The notes: generated by a model not told the origin, from the sequence alone. Shown: positions 26,391-35,984, counted from the stretch's first letter. The stretch is DNA of 64,000 bases from Fidelibacterota bacterium (GCA_018657495.1 JABHXA010000004.1:83086-147085), one strand, 5' to 3'. Program-made: numbers and translations.

Positions 26391-26421
26391 AAACAGGGGC
26401 GGAACATTTTCGCCCCTGTTT
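26391..26421 (+). terminator. Hairpin terminator after the cargo cassette
   Basis: An 11-bp perfect stem, AAACAGGGGCG (26391-26401) / CGCCCCTGTTT (26411-26421), has a 9-nt loop. The T-tract is partly inside the stem and the A-tract on the other side suggests bidirectional function. Confidence 0.65.
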
Positions 26422-26597
26422 AATATTTGGGAATATTTTGATATCAGAGCTGCAATTGAATCAGGTTTTGCCTGATCCCAATTGATTATTTAATACGTAA
26501 ATAAGCTTTTCAATATCAAAACCCATAATTTGAATCTTGAGCTATAAAACATAAATGACATCTTCCAATTCAGCTTTTAGAACTGTTAAAAACTTCC

Positions 26598-28127
26598 ATG
26601 AGTAATATTAAAAAATTCATACTCATTATTCTTGATGGTTATGGTATCCGTGAAGAATCTGACGCCAATGCTGCTATCCTGGCCGAAACACCCAATCTGG
26701 ATTATCTGAAATCTGTTGGCTCCACAGTCAAACTGGAAACTTCAGGGGCAAATGTTGGACTCCCTGATGGTGTCATGGGCAACTCTGAGGTAGGGCATAC
26801 CAATATTGGTGCTGGAAGAATTGTAAAACAAGATTTGGTGAGAATAAATGATGCCATCAAATCCAATGAATTTAAAAATATTCCCGCTCTCAATAATTTA
26901 TTCAAGACGGTCATTGCCAATCATAGCACATTGCATTTAACCGGATTAATTAGTGATGCTGGTGTCCACAGTCATTTGGACCATCTCAAAGAAATACTTA
27001 TTTTAGCTAGGGATGCCGGTGTCCATAAGGCTGTAATCCATGCCATAACAGATGGCCGCGATACATCACCTACCAGTGGTATAAATTATATGACTATGTT
27101 CAGCGAATTTCTGACGGAGATTCAATTCGGATCAATCGCCACCGTCTGCGGAAGATATTATGCCATGGATCGGGATACCCGATGGGAACGAACAAAATTG
27201 GCCTACGACATGCTTATCTCCTGCCGGGGGGATAGATGCGATGATCCATTAAAAGCAATAACTGATTCGTACAGTATTGATATAACTGATGAGTTTATAA
27301 CCCCAAAAATCATCGGTGACGGATGCCCTGTAACTCAGGGTGACGGTTTTATAATGTTTAACTTCCGTGCCGATCGCATGCGTCAGATGGTAACAGCATT
27401 TACTGATGAGTCATTTGATCATTTTGACACCAATAATTTAGATCCACAACTGTTAAGCATGTCATCATACAGTGAGAAATTTACCTTCCCCGTTTTATTT
27501 CCATCTATTCCGCTGACAAATATCTTCCCTGAAGTTCTTGACCAAGCCGGCTACCGTCAGCTAAGAATCGCCGAAACGGAAAAATATGCCCATGTGACTT
27601 ATTTCATGAATGGTGGTGAAGAAAAAGTATTTCCTCACGAAAAAAGAATTCTAATCCCGTCACCCCGTGTTGCAACCTATGACTTGCAACCTGAAATGAG
27701 TGCTGTTCGAGTATGCGACAATGTGGTAGAATCCATTGAGTCTGAAACTTTTGATACTATCATTTTGAATTTTGCAAATCCAGACATGGTGGGGCATACA
27801 GGGAATTTAGACGCTGCTATTATAGCCCTGCAAACTGTTGACAATTGCGTCGGCAGAATAATCAAGTCCGTAAATAAATATGACTGGACGCTGTTCCTTA
27901 CTGCTGATCATGGAAACCTGGAGATGATGGAGGATCCCGTCACCGGAAAACCGCATACAGCTCACACGACTTTACCGGTTCCTTTCATTCTATTTGACCA
28001 GTCAAACTCATTTATACTGCACAGAGATGGGAAATTAGCAGACATTGCCCCTACTATTCTTGAGTATATTAATGTGCAAATCCCTGATGAGATGAACGGT
28101 GTGAGTTTATTAATGCGGAAGTCATGA
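26598..28127 (+). CDS. gpmI: 2,3-bisphosphoglycerate-independent phosphoglycerate mutase
   Basis: Motifs ILDGYG, GNSEVGHTNIGAGR, ITDGRDTSP and TADHGN are present, and the length is 509 aa. Confidence 0.95.
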   Translation: MSNIKKFILIILDGYGIREESDANAAILAETPNLDYLKSVGSTVKLETSGANVGLPDGVMGNSEVGHTNIGAGRIVKQDLVRINDAIKSNEFKNIPALNNLFKTVIANHSTLHLTGLISDAGVHSHLDHLKEILILARDAGVHKAVIHAITDGRDTSPTSGINYMTMFSEFLTEIQFGSIATVCGRYYAMDRDTRWERTKLAYDMLISCRGDRCDDPLKAITDSYSIDITDEFITPKIIGDGCPVTQGDGFIMFNFRADRMRQMVTAFTDESFDHFDTNNLDPQLLSMSSYSEKFTFPVLFPSIPLTNIFPEVLDQAGYRQLRIAETEKYAHVTYFMNGGEEKVFPHEKRILIPSPRVATYDLQPEMSAVRVCDNVVESIESETFDTIILNFANPDMVGHTGNLDAAIIALQTVDNCVGRIIKSVNKYDWTLFLTADHGNLEMMEDPVTGKPHTAHTTLPVPFILFDQSNSFILHRDGKLADIAPTILEYINVQIPDEMNGVSLLMRKS

Positions 28128-29716
28128 GATTAGTCTCACTGCTGTTTATAAGCGTAACAAATCTATCCATCATATTTGGACAGAATTTTTCGTATTCTGA
28201 AGACGACTGGGAAATATATTCTGAACCGGATAGAATTAACGCCATAACAGAAACCAGTTGGGAAATATATTTTGCTGCTGATGATGGTATTTATCGATGG
28301 GACAAATTTTATGAAACCATGGAATATTCCTCCTCAATGAGCCGGTACCTGGATGCAGAAATGATATATCATTTTTATTACGATCCCAATTCAGATTATT
28401 TTTGGGTAGTTCATAATGATGGCATCAGTTTTAAGTCATCCATAGCTTCTTATTGGCAGACCGCGAATATTTCTGTTTCAAGTCGCGGTATTAAGGATAT
28501 TGGCAGTACGGATGGTATTATTTGGATTGATTATGCCAATACCTATATTGCCGTAGACCCATACAGTGGTGTAGAGATAACACCAGAAGAAAATTTCAAT
28601 CCTGATTTTATTAAATGGGGATATTCACAATATGGCAGAGCCGGTCGGGATATAGAAGTTGATGAATATTTTTTTCAGGATGACGCTGATGATGATAATT
28701 ACCTGTTAAACCCCCGAAGAATACGTCAAAAACCAGTTATTTCAATGCAGGATTCTGATGGACGTTTATGGGTTGGAACAAATCTGGGTCAGATTTACAT
28801 GTCAAAAAATTACAGTCCTTATGGCACCCAAATTTATATGGGAATGCCCGATATAGATTTTATTACTGAGATTTATAATGATGGTTACGGGAACTGGTGG
28901 ATAACTGATAATGAATATAAACGGATAGGATATACTAAAATAAGACGTGAGATGAGTCCAATTTATCAATGGCGGAAAGATAGTAATGAATGGTTTGAAT
29001 TTATTGCTGAAAATACCGAGCGTCACCGGGATATAACCGTAAACAAAATGATTAGATCAGGATACTATTTATACATTGGTACATTGAATGGTTTGGTTAT
29101 CCTTGAGATATTAGAAAAAGAGTGGACAAATATTACAGAAGGATTGAATGATCCTGCAGTATGGGATATAGTGGAAAAAAGCGGTAAATTATATCTGGCT
29201 ACTGCCCGTGGAATTGATATAGTTAAGTTAAAAAACAATTCTCTCATTACCAATAAACCTCAGGTCATCAGCGAATTTGACGATGTTGAAATATATGATC
29301 TGGAAGTTTTAAACGATTTTCTCTATGTTGTATGTAAGAATGGCGTTTTCAAAATCAATTTGAAATCTGAAGAGGTCATCAAACTGACAGAAAAGGTATT
29401 TCGCTCTATCGAATGTACTGACGACTATACTTTACTTACAGGTGAGGGAATCTGGAAACTTGGTGAAGATAATACATTGGAGCAGGTATATGTTTATGAT
29501 GTATTCAAGATGTCTGTTTCAGGATTTTATGTATGGATCACCGATATGGACCAGGCAGTACTATTGAACCTGAAGTCGGGTCAAACATATTATTATAATT
29601 CCTTGGATGGAATACCAGGAAACCGGATATTCGAAATAGGCTGTGATGAAGCCTGGGTCTGGTTTGGCACAGATAGGGGAATGGCATTTTATAATTGGAG
29701 CAGGTATCATCAATAA
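28124..29716 (+). CDS. Secreted beta-propeller protein with Reg_prop-like repeats
   Basis: It has a signal peptide and recurrent blades LWVGTNLGQIYM, YLYIGTLNGLVIL and WVWFGTDRGMAFY. The start overlaps the gpmI stop (ATGA). No CTD is present. Confidence 0.5.
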   Translation: MRLVSLLFISVTNLSIIFGQNFSYSEDDWEIYSEPDRINAITETSWEIYFAADDGIYRWDKFYETMEYSSSMSRYLDAEMIYHFYYDPNSDYFWVVHNDGISFKSSIASYWQTANISVSSRGIKDIGSTDGIIWIDYANTYIAVDPYSGVEITPEENFNPDFIKWGYSQYGRAGRDIEVDEYFFQDDADDDNYLLNPRRIRQKPVISMQDSDGRLWVGTNLGQIYMSKNYSPYGTQIYMGMPDIDFITEIYNDGYGNWWITDNEYKRIGYTKIRREMSPIYQWRKDSNEWFEFIAENTERHRDITVNKMIRSGYYLYIGTLNGLVILEILEKEWTNITEGLNDPAVWDIVEKSGKLYLATARGIDIVKLKNNSLITNKPQVISEFDDVEIYDLEVLNDFLYVVCKNGVFKINLKSEEVIKLTEKVFRSIECTDDYTLLTGEGIWKLGEDNTLEQVYVYDVFKMSVSGFYVWITDMDQAVLLNLKSGQTYYYNSLDGIPGNRIFEIGCDEAWVWFGTDRGMAFYNWSRYHQ

Positions 29717-30899
29717 GAATTCAGCAATACTAATTTTAATAGCATTATTTACCGCGTGTTCAACGGGAAATCTCGATCGCAAAAGTCCCTTTAACAGTGC
29801 TCAACATAAGTTGTGGATCAATCACTACAAGATTACAGAAAGCGATAGTTTCCATGTTGATATAACCATTCATTCTCCAAATCCATTTTTTATTTTTTCA
29901 AAACATGATGATCATTTCAAAACTCAAGCAGAGTTCCAGCTCTCGGTTACTGATGTAGAAAGTGATAAGCAGGTATATCGTAAATCCTGGGTTGAAGATT
30001 CCGTTGAATTTTTCTACGAGGATACACGTCAACCTGAAAGATTCGTCAACAGTGAATTTTCAATTTATCTTGATGAGGGAAAATATGAATTTTCTCTTAT
30101 GGTTTTTGATAAAGATAGTAAGCATAATTGGAATGTCAAAAAAGAAGTGGATATATTGACAAAAACAAGTATGAGTGAAATATTCCCTGTATATTTAAAA
30201 GACTCTAAATATCTTTATACTGGTGATCAAATAAATCTTAAAATTGGCTCGTTTTTTCTAAGATTCCAAATCCCCCTTGAAAATGATGAAACAGAAATTC
30301 TGACAAAATATACGATTTCCGATATGGGGACTATTATTCTCAGCGATTCTTCAAATATACAAGTTGATGAAAAGGGTTTCATTTATCTTCCAATATCTAT
30401 TGATGAAGAATGGCTTGGTGTGATGGAATTTAAGGTAACTGCAGGAGGGTACAGCAACAATGTTGAATTATCCTTCATTAATACCTCAATAGACAAATAT
30501 TTTCAGGATATACCTCTGCTTGTACAGGTTATGTCTCTGATTCTTGAATATGATGATTATAAGGAATTATCAAAACTTGAACCTATCGATCAGAAACTCT
30601 ATGTGTATAATTACTGGCGCGATAACGATCCCACACCTGAAACGAAAGATAATGAGTTATTGATGGAATTCTACGGCCGGGTCGAATATTCCAATTCCCG
30701 TTTTGGCACGCTCTCATCAGGATGGAAATCTGATAGAGGAATTGTTTATATTCAAAATGGCAAACCTTCAACCGTCGAAGTTACAGGACGGGACAATTAT
30801 GGTAGAGCCTATGAGATATGGACTTACAGTGACCACCGACAATATGTTTTTCTGGATGATGGTTTTGGAGAATATAGACTATATAGGCAGACGAATTAA
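29643..30899 (+). CDS. GWxTD domain lipoprotein (start uncertain)
   Basis: The C-terminal FGTLSSGWKSDRGIVYIQNGKP...YEIWTY matches the GWxTD motif. A lipobox-like ILIALFTAC is present. The only ATG (29643/29646) overlaps the upstream gene by 74 nt. Confidence 0.65.
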   Translation: MMKPGSGLAQIGEWHFIIGAGIINKNSAILILIALFTACSTGNLDRKSPFNSAQHKLWINHYKITESDSFHVDITIHSPNPFFIFSKHDDHFKTQAEFQLSVTDVESDKQVYRKSWVEDSVEFFYEDTRQPERFVNSEFSIYLDEGKYEFSLMVFDKDSKHNWNVKKEVDILTKTSMSEIFPVYLKDSKYLYTGDQINLKIGSFFLRFQIPLENDETEILTKYTISDMGTIILSDSSNIQVDEKGFIYLPISIDEEWLGVMEFKVTAGGYSNNVELSFINTSIDKYFQDIPLLVQVMSLILEYDDYKELSKLEPIDQKLYVYNYWRDNDPTPETKDNELLMEFYGRVEYSNSRFGTLSSGWKSDRGIVYIQNGKPSTVEVTGRDNYGRAYEIWTYSDHRQYVFLDDGFGEYRLYRQTN

Positions 30900-30901
30900 T
30901 T

Positions 30902-31711
30902 ATGGGTTTTAAACCAAAAAATCATTATTCCTTCTCACAGATAAGTACATTTAAATCCTGTCGCGAACAGTATAAACTCGTTTATTTTGAGGGAATTCGG
31001 AAAAAGTCCGAAAGCATTGAAGCCTTCATGGGGAAATGTGTTCATGCTACCCTTGAATGGTTATATCAGAAAGAGAATATTGCCAAACCATATCTCACTT
31101 TCGACAGTATTTGCACCAAATATGATGATATCTGGGTTGGTAGTTGGCACAAAGATATTTTTATAGCTGATGTTCGGATGGGCAGCGATAATTATTATTC
31201 TATCGGAAAACGATGTCTGTCAAATTATTATCACAAATATGGTCCTACTTTTGACGAATATGTCGTTGGCACTGAGCTGGCATTGGATTTCAGAATGGAT
31301 GGTAAATATCATTTTAGAGGGGTCATAGATAGATTAGATCGACCTAAACCGGGTCGATATGTCATTCATGATTACAAAACAGGTAAACATCCACTAACGG
31401 TAAATTCTGCAAAAAATAATCTTCAATTGGTTATCTATCATCTATGTGTGCAAGAAAAATTTGATGATGTAAAGGATATCACTCTTACCTGGCATTTCCT
31501 GCGTCAAGGGGTTGAAGTGTCAATACATCATTCCGCAGATGAGATGATAAAATTCAAAAAGAAATTGAAAAAACAGGTTGACCAAATTGTTGACCTGACC
31601 TCCGATTCTGGTAATTTTTATCCGAAAGAATCGATTCTCTGTAATTGGTGTTACTACTGGCAGGAATGTTCGGCAAAAACTACTGGAAATCCTGTACGCC
31701 GGGCTGAGTAG
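30902..31711 (+). CDS. PD-(D/E)XK nuclease with a Cas4/AddB-like four-cysteine cluster
   Basis: The N-terminal part reads YSFSQISTFKSCREQY. The nuclease core is VIDRLD...VIHDYKTGK. The C-terminal CNWCYYWQEC plus the N-terminal Cys give four cysteines, as in Cas4-type Fe-S nucleases. Confidence 0.7.
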   Translation: MGFKPKNHYSFSQISTFKSCREQYKLVYFEGIRKKSESIEAFMGKCVHATLEWLYQKENIAKPYLTFDSICTKYDDIWVGSWHKDIFIADVRMGSDNYYSIGKRCLSNYYHKYGPTFDEYVVGTELALDFRMDGKYHFRGVIDRLDRPKPGRYVIHDYKTGKHPLTVNSAKNNLQLVIYHLCVQEKFDDVKDITLTWHFLRQGVEVSIHHSADEMIKFKKKLKKQVDQIVDLTSDSGNFYPKESILCNWCYYWQECSAKTTGNPVRRAE

Positions 31712-31718
31712 CATTATA

Positions 31719-32177
31719 TTGCCACCCCAAATCAAATCCAATTTGAAAATTACATCACCACTTTCTAAAGACGAATTCCAAAAATATTATCAAACGCGTT
31801 GGGAAATATTGCGTCAACCCTGGGGACAGATCCAGGGTACCGAGCGTGATGACAGTGATATACCATCCATCCACCGAATGCTGGTAACTGAGTCAAAGCA
31901 AGTTATCGCCGTTGCCAGATTGCATTTTAATTCTCCTGAGCAAGCTCAGATCAGATATATGGGTGTAACTAAGAAATTTCGCGGCACCGGAGCAGGCACA
32001 AAATTGATCAAAGATCTTGAAATAATTGCCGCTAAAAATAATGCCAAACAGATCATCCTCCAGGCTCGCGAAAATGCCGTGCAATTCTATCAATCCAATG
32101 GATTTACCATTGTTGAAAAAACCCATCTATTGTTTGGAACCATCCAGCACTTCCTCATGCAGAAAAAAATCAGGTAA
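31719..32177 (+). CDS. GNAT-family N-acetyltransferase
   Basis: The acetyl-CoA motif YMGVTKKFRGTGAGTKLI is present. The track gives a TTG start. Confidence 0.75.
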   Translation: MPPQIKSNLKITSPLSKDEFQKYYQTRWEILRQPWGQIQGTERDDSDIPSIHRMLVTESKQVIAVARLHFNSPEQAQIRYMGVTKKFRGTGAGTKLIKDLEIIAAKNNAKQIILQARENAVQFYQSNGFTIVEKTHLLFGTIQHFLMQKKIR

Positions 32178-32323
32178 ATACGTATTATTAGAGCTTTAAT
32201 GTAATTGATTAATTACTTCAAATATTATAAATCGTTAATCAACATTCGATATTCAAGGCATTTTAGTTTATTTTGTCCTCGAACACTAACAAATCAATTT
32301 TACAAGACGATAAAATAATATTT

Positions 32324-33460
32324 TCAAGTTGTATCCTTCGTTTTCTTTTCGGAGACTGCCAACTGCATAAATTCATCAAGTTTTTTACCAATAACCGCCC
32401 ATGAGTATTTAATTCCAATACTTCGACAAATATTTTCAATTGAATGATCATATCCCGTTAGTGTCGTTTCAAGTTTTCTCACTAAATCATCAAAGTCAGA
32501 ATAAAACAATTTATCGTGATATTCTTTTGGAATTAACTCTGGATATGATAGCCTAACAGGCAGGAGGGGTTGAAGCCCGCAATAAATTGCCTCAATAATG
32601 CTGATTCCGAAAAAGTCCTGATTGGAAGTTACGGGGAGGATGGATCCGCTCTGAAGTATTTTGGCATAATCTTCTATATTGTCGGCAAATCCGAAATGGA
32701 CAATATGTTCACAAAACTCCGATTGGATATCGCCAAATATCTTTGGTGAGTTATGATATTTCTCACCCAAAACCGCTAACTTGAATGGTATGCTATTTTT
32801 CTTTATTATTTTTAATGCTTTAAAGAATTCTTCAGGATTTTTATCATATTCCCACCGATGGTTCCAAATAATCAAAAGTGGATCAGATGGTTTGGCAGTC
32901 AATTGAAATAGATCAAATAATTCTGTATCAATCCCAGGATAGATGACCTTTGATTTGTTCCGGATATGTGAAACTTCTGAATAATTTTGGTAATCAGGGA
33001 ACGAATGTAAAAATGTCTCCAACGTAGAGGTGAAGGAATTTAAATGGAAATGACTATTGAATAGTATACCGTCACTAATCATAGCGGATGTATAATTGAT
33101 AAACCCATAATGTGCATCTCTTCCATTACCCACATCTGAATCGGCAGATGACCATGGGTAAGTTAATTGGTTTTCATGAAAATATGTAATCACTGGGATA
33201 TCACCAATTTTATGCCGAACTAATGAGATGAATAAAGAGACATCCAGCATGTCTGATGCAATAATTACATCTGGTAGTTGAGACAATTCGTTGAATTTTT
33301 CAGCAAGGGTGATTGCCCCGCCATGCATACGCCACTTCCAATGCCTGCCTGGTAAGCTCAGTATGCTTACATTGTGAATACTATTTTCAACATAACCCTG
33401 GGCCCAAATTGCATGAGATCCGGCAAAAAATGGTTCGACAATAAGAATATTTAGTTTCAT
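32324..33460 (-). CDS. DUF3524 + GT4 glycosyltransferase (GTDC1/QTMAN-like)
   Basis: MKLNILIVEPFFAGSHAIWAQGY...LSLPGRHWKWRMHGGA matches the DUF3524 N-domain of GTDC1-like enzymes, and a GT-B C-terminal half follows. I start at the internal ATG at 33460 rather than 33511. Confidence 0.7.
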   Translation of the reverse strand: MKLNILIVEPFFAGSHAIWAQGYVENSIHNVSILSLPGRHWKWRMHGGAITLAEKFNELSQLPDVIIASDMLDVSLFISLVRHKIGDIPVITYFHENQLTYPWSSADSDVGNGRDAHYGFINYTSAMISDGILFNSHFHLNSFTSTLETFLHSFPDYQNYSEVSHIRNKSKVIYPGIDTELFDLFQLTAKPSDPLLIIWNHRWEYDKNPEEFFKALKIIKKNSIPFKLAVLGEKYHNSPKIFGDIQSEFCEHIVHFGFADNIEDYAKILQSGSILPVTSNQDFFGISIIEAIYCGLQPLLPVRLSYPELIPKEYHDKLFYSDFDDLVRKLETTLTGYDHSIENICRSIGIKYSWAVIGKKLDEFMQLAVSEKKTKDTT

Positions 33461-33663
33461 AACAGGATAAAAATTACAATAGTGTGTGAGCATAATCCCA
33501 AGATTATACAATTTGAGAATGAATCTTCAATGTTTAAAAATCTACACTAAATTTGTGATGAAAATTCTCTTCGAAATAAGATATTGGCGATTGAAAAATG
33601 CCTTAATCTAAAAGTAATTTATTAGCTTGATTTCAATATAAAAAAACAAATTAAAAGCACCTA

Positions 33664-34668
33664 ATGTCAAAAAATAATATTCTGGTTGAGGTTAAAAACC
33701 TAAAAAAATATTTCCCAATACGAACTGGATTTTTATCAAAAGTTACTGGTCATGTAAAAGCTGTCGATGATGTTTCATTCAAACTGTATCAGGGAGAGAC
33801 CATGGGTCTTGTCGGTGAATCGGGATGCGGCAAAACAACAGTAGGGCGTTTAATACTAAAACTTCTGGCTGCCACCGAAGGCAATGTCTATTTCCAGGGA
33901 ATGGATCTATCAAAAACTGATAAACCTACTATGAGGAAACTGCGACGTGATATGCAGATCATCTTCCAGGATCCGTATAGTTCTCTTAATCCACGAATGA
34001 CCGTGGGAAATATGTTATCTGAAGCTCTAAAGGTTCACAAAGTGGTACCAAAAGATAAGATCCAGAAAGAGGTGGCGAGATTATTAGATATTGTTGGCTT
34101 GCCTAGAGAACATGCCTCACGATATCCACATGAGTTTTCAGGCGGTCAACGACAGCGAATTGGCATTGCCCGGGCTATATCGGTCAGACCAAAGTTGATC
34201 ATTTGTGATGAAGCAGTTTCGGCTCTGGATGTCTCGATACAGGCCCAGGTCATAAATCTATTAAAAGAGCTGCAAAAAGAATTCAATCTCACCTACTTAT
34301 TTATTGCCCACGATCTCACGGTAGTAGAATATATTTCTGATCGGGTTGCAGTTATGTATCTTGGTAAAATTATGGAGATTGCCGATGCCAGGGAGTTATA
34401 CAAAAATACACTCCATCCTTATTCTGAAGCATTATTATCTGCAGTCCCAATCCCTGATCCCACCAAGGTTTCAAAACGAATTATTTTGAAGGGTGATATA
34501 CCAAGCCCTTCAAACCCTCCTTCAGGATGTTCTTTTCATCCCCGATGCCATGTAGCTGCTAAAAATGAGGAGATAATGCAGGAATGCACTGCTGATGAAC
34601 CAGTTCTCATGGAAAAATCTGAAGAACATCAGGTAGCCTGCCATCAAGTTGAGTCAAAACTAAATTAA
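33664..34668 (+). CDS. Oligopeptide/dipeptide-type ABC transporter ATP-binding protein (OppF/DppF-like), solitary
   Basis: It has Walker A GESGCGKTT, signature FSGGQRQRIGIARA, Walker B LIICDEAVSALD, and an Opp-type C-terminal extension with CSFHPRC. Confidence 0.85.
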   Translation: MSKNNILVEVKNLKKYFPIRTGFLSKVTGHVKAVDDVSFKLYQGETMGLVGESGCGKTTVGRLILKLLAATEGNVYFQGMDLSKTDKPTMRKLRRDMQIIFQDPYSSLNPRMTVGNMLSEALKVHKVVPKDKIQKEVARLLDIVGLPREHASRYPHEFSGGQRQRIGIARAISVRPKLIICDEAVSALDVSIQAQVINLLKELQKEFNLTYLFIAHDLTVVEYISDRVAVMYLGKIMEIADARELYKNTLHPYSEALLSAVPIPDPTKVSKRIILKGDIPSPSNPPSGCSFHPRCHVAAKNEEIMQECTADEPVLMEKSEEHQVACHQVESKLN

Positions 34669-34685
34669 TAATCTGGGAAGCATTC

Positions 34686-35984
34686 TTGGGCACACCCTAT
34701 AAAACAATTGCATTTCATACCTTGGGCTGTAAATTGAATTTTTCAGAAACTTCCACTATATCAAGAGAATTCATTGAACATGGATATAAGCAGGTTAGAT
34801 TTTCTGAATCTGCAGATGTCTATCTTCTGAATACATGTTCTGTTACCGAAAATGCCGATCGGAAATGCCGCAAAGCAATCAGAAAAATTAAGCGTCGGAA
34901 TCCAGATTCAATCATTGCTGTAACCGGATGTTATGCCCAGCTTAAACCTGATGACTTATCCGCCATACCTGGTGTTAACTTAATTGTCGGTTCTGAAGAA
35001 AAATTTCATATTCCATCCCATATTGAAAATACATATTTTAATGGCGAGCCGGTAATATTTCACTCAGATGTAAATATGGTCAAACAATTTGTATCATCTT
35101 ATTCTGAAAGTGAAAGGACCCGGGCATTTCTAAAAATCCAGGATGGCTGTGATTATCCATGCACCTATTGCACTATACCCCTCGCCAGGGGCAGAAGTCG
35201 AAGCGATACTATTGAGAATGTCATCAAACAGGCAGAACAGATATCATCACTTGGACTAAAGGAAATTGTTCTCACCGGTGTCAATGTTGGAGACTTCAGG
35301 ACATCCAATGATGAAACTCTTATTGATTTATTATTTAACCTGGAAGAAGTAAATGGTATTGAGAGAATTCGTATATCCTCTATTGAACCAAATTTATTGA
35401 GTGATGAAATCATAGAATTTGCCAGGACTTCTCAAACTCTGGTGCCGCATTTTCATATACCGCTGCAGTCAGGATCGAATAAAATTTTAAAAATGATGCA
35501 GCGAAGATATAACAGGGAATTATATGAGGATAGGGTGAATTCTATTCATTCTATTCATAATAATGCCTGTATCGGCGCTGATGTGATTGTTGGCTTTCCA
35601 GGGGAAACAGATGATGATTTTCTTGATACTATCCAGTTTATTCAAAATCTGAATATTGCATATCTACATGTATTTTCCTATTCCAGCCGTGATAATACCC
35701 CTGCCAAAATGATGAAAAACCAGGTGGACAGGCAAGTATTACACGATCGAAGTGTGAAACTCCATGAAATATCCCGCACGATGAGAGAATCATATTATTC
35801 ACAATATATTGGAATAAAAAAAGAAGTGTTATTTGAATCTTTCCTGGATGGAGAAGCGATTGGACATACGGATAATTATATAAAGGTTCATTTAAAAAGC
35901 GATACAGATCTCTCGAATTCTATAAAAAATATTCGCCTAAAACCAAGCAATGCCGAATTCATGACTGGGGAGATAGTCGATTGA
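34686..35984 (+). CDS. mtaB: tRNA (t6A37) methylthiotransferase
   Basis: The N-terminal UPF0004 domain reads FHTLGCKLNFSE..NTCSVT, the radical-SAM motif is GCDYPCTYC, and a TRAM-like C-terminus follows. Confidence 0.8.
   Translation: MGTPYKTIAFHTLGCKLNFSETSTISREFIEHGYKQVRFSESADVYLLNTCSVTENADRKCRKAIRKIKRRNPDSIIAVTGCYAQLKPDDLSAIPGVNLIVGSEEKFHIPSHIENTYFNGEPVIFHSDVNMVKQFVSSYSESERTRAFLKIQDGCDYPCTYCTIPLARGRSRSDTIENVIKQAEQISSLGLKEIVLTGVNVGDFRTSNDETLIDLLFNLEEVNGIERIRISSIEPNLLSDEIIEFARTSQTLVPHFHIPLQSGSNKILKMMQRRYNRELYEDRVNSIHSIHNNACIGADVIVGFPGETDDDFLDTIQFIQNLNIAYLHVFSYSSRDNTPAKMMKNQVDRQVLHDRSVKLHEISRTMRESYYSQYIGIKKEVLFESFLDGEAIGHTDNYIKVHLKSDTDLSNSIKNIRLKPSNAEFMTGEIVD

Noticed and set aside
8918-26421. 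Possibility that the cargo cassette is a mobile genomic island.
   Set aside because: There is no integrase, transposase, flanking tRNA or direct repeat. The boundaries are ordinary terminators, and the flanking genes are on the same strand in normal context.
29643-29716. A 74-nt overlap between the propeller gene and the GWxTD gene, which could be a sign of programmed frameshifting or fusion.
   Set aside because: I found no slippery heptamer. The overlap more likely reflects an uncertain start, since the lipoprotein signal begins near 29715 but no canonical start codon is available there. The start is flagged as uncertain in the feature table instead.
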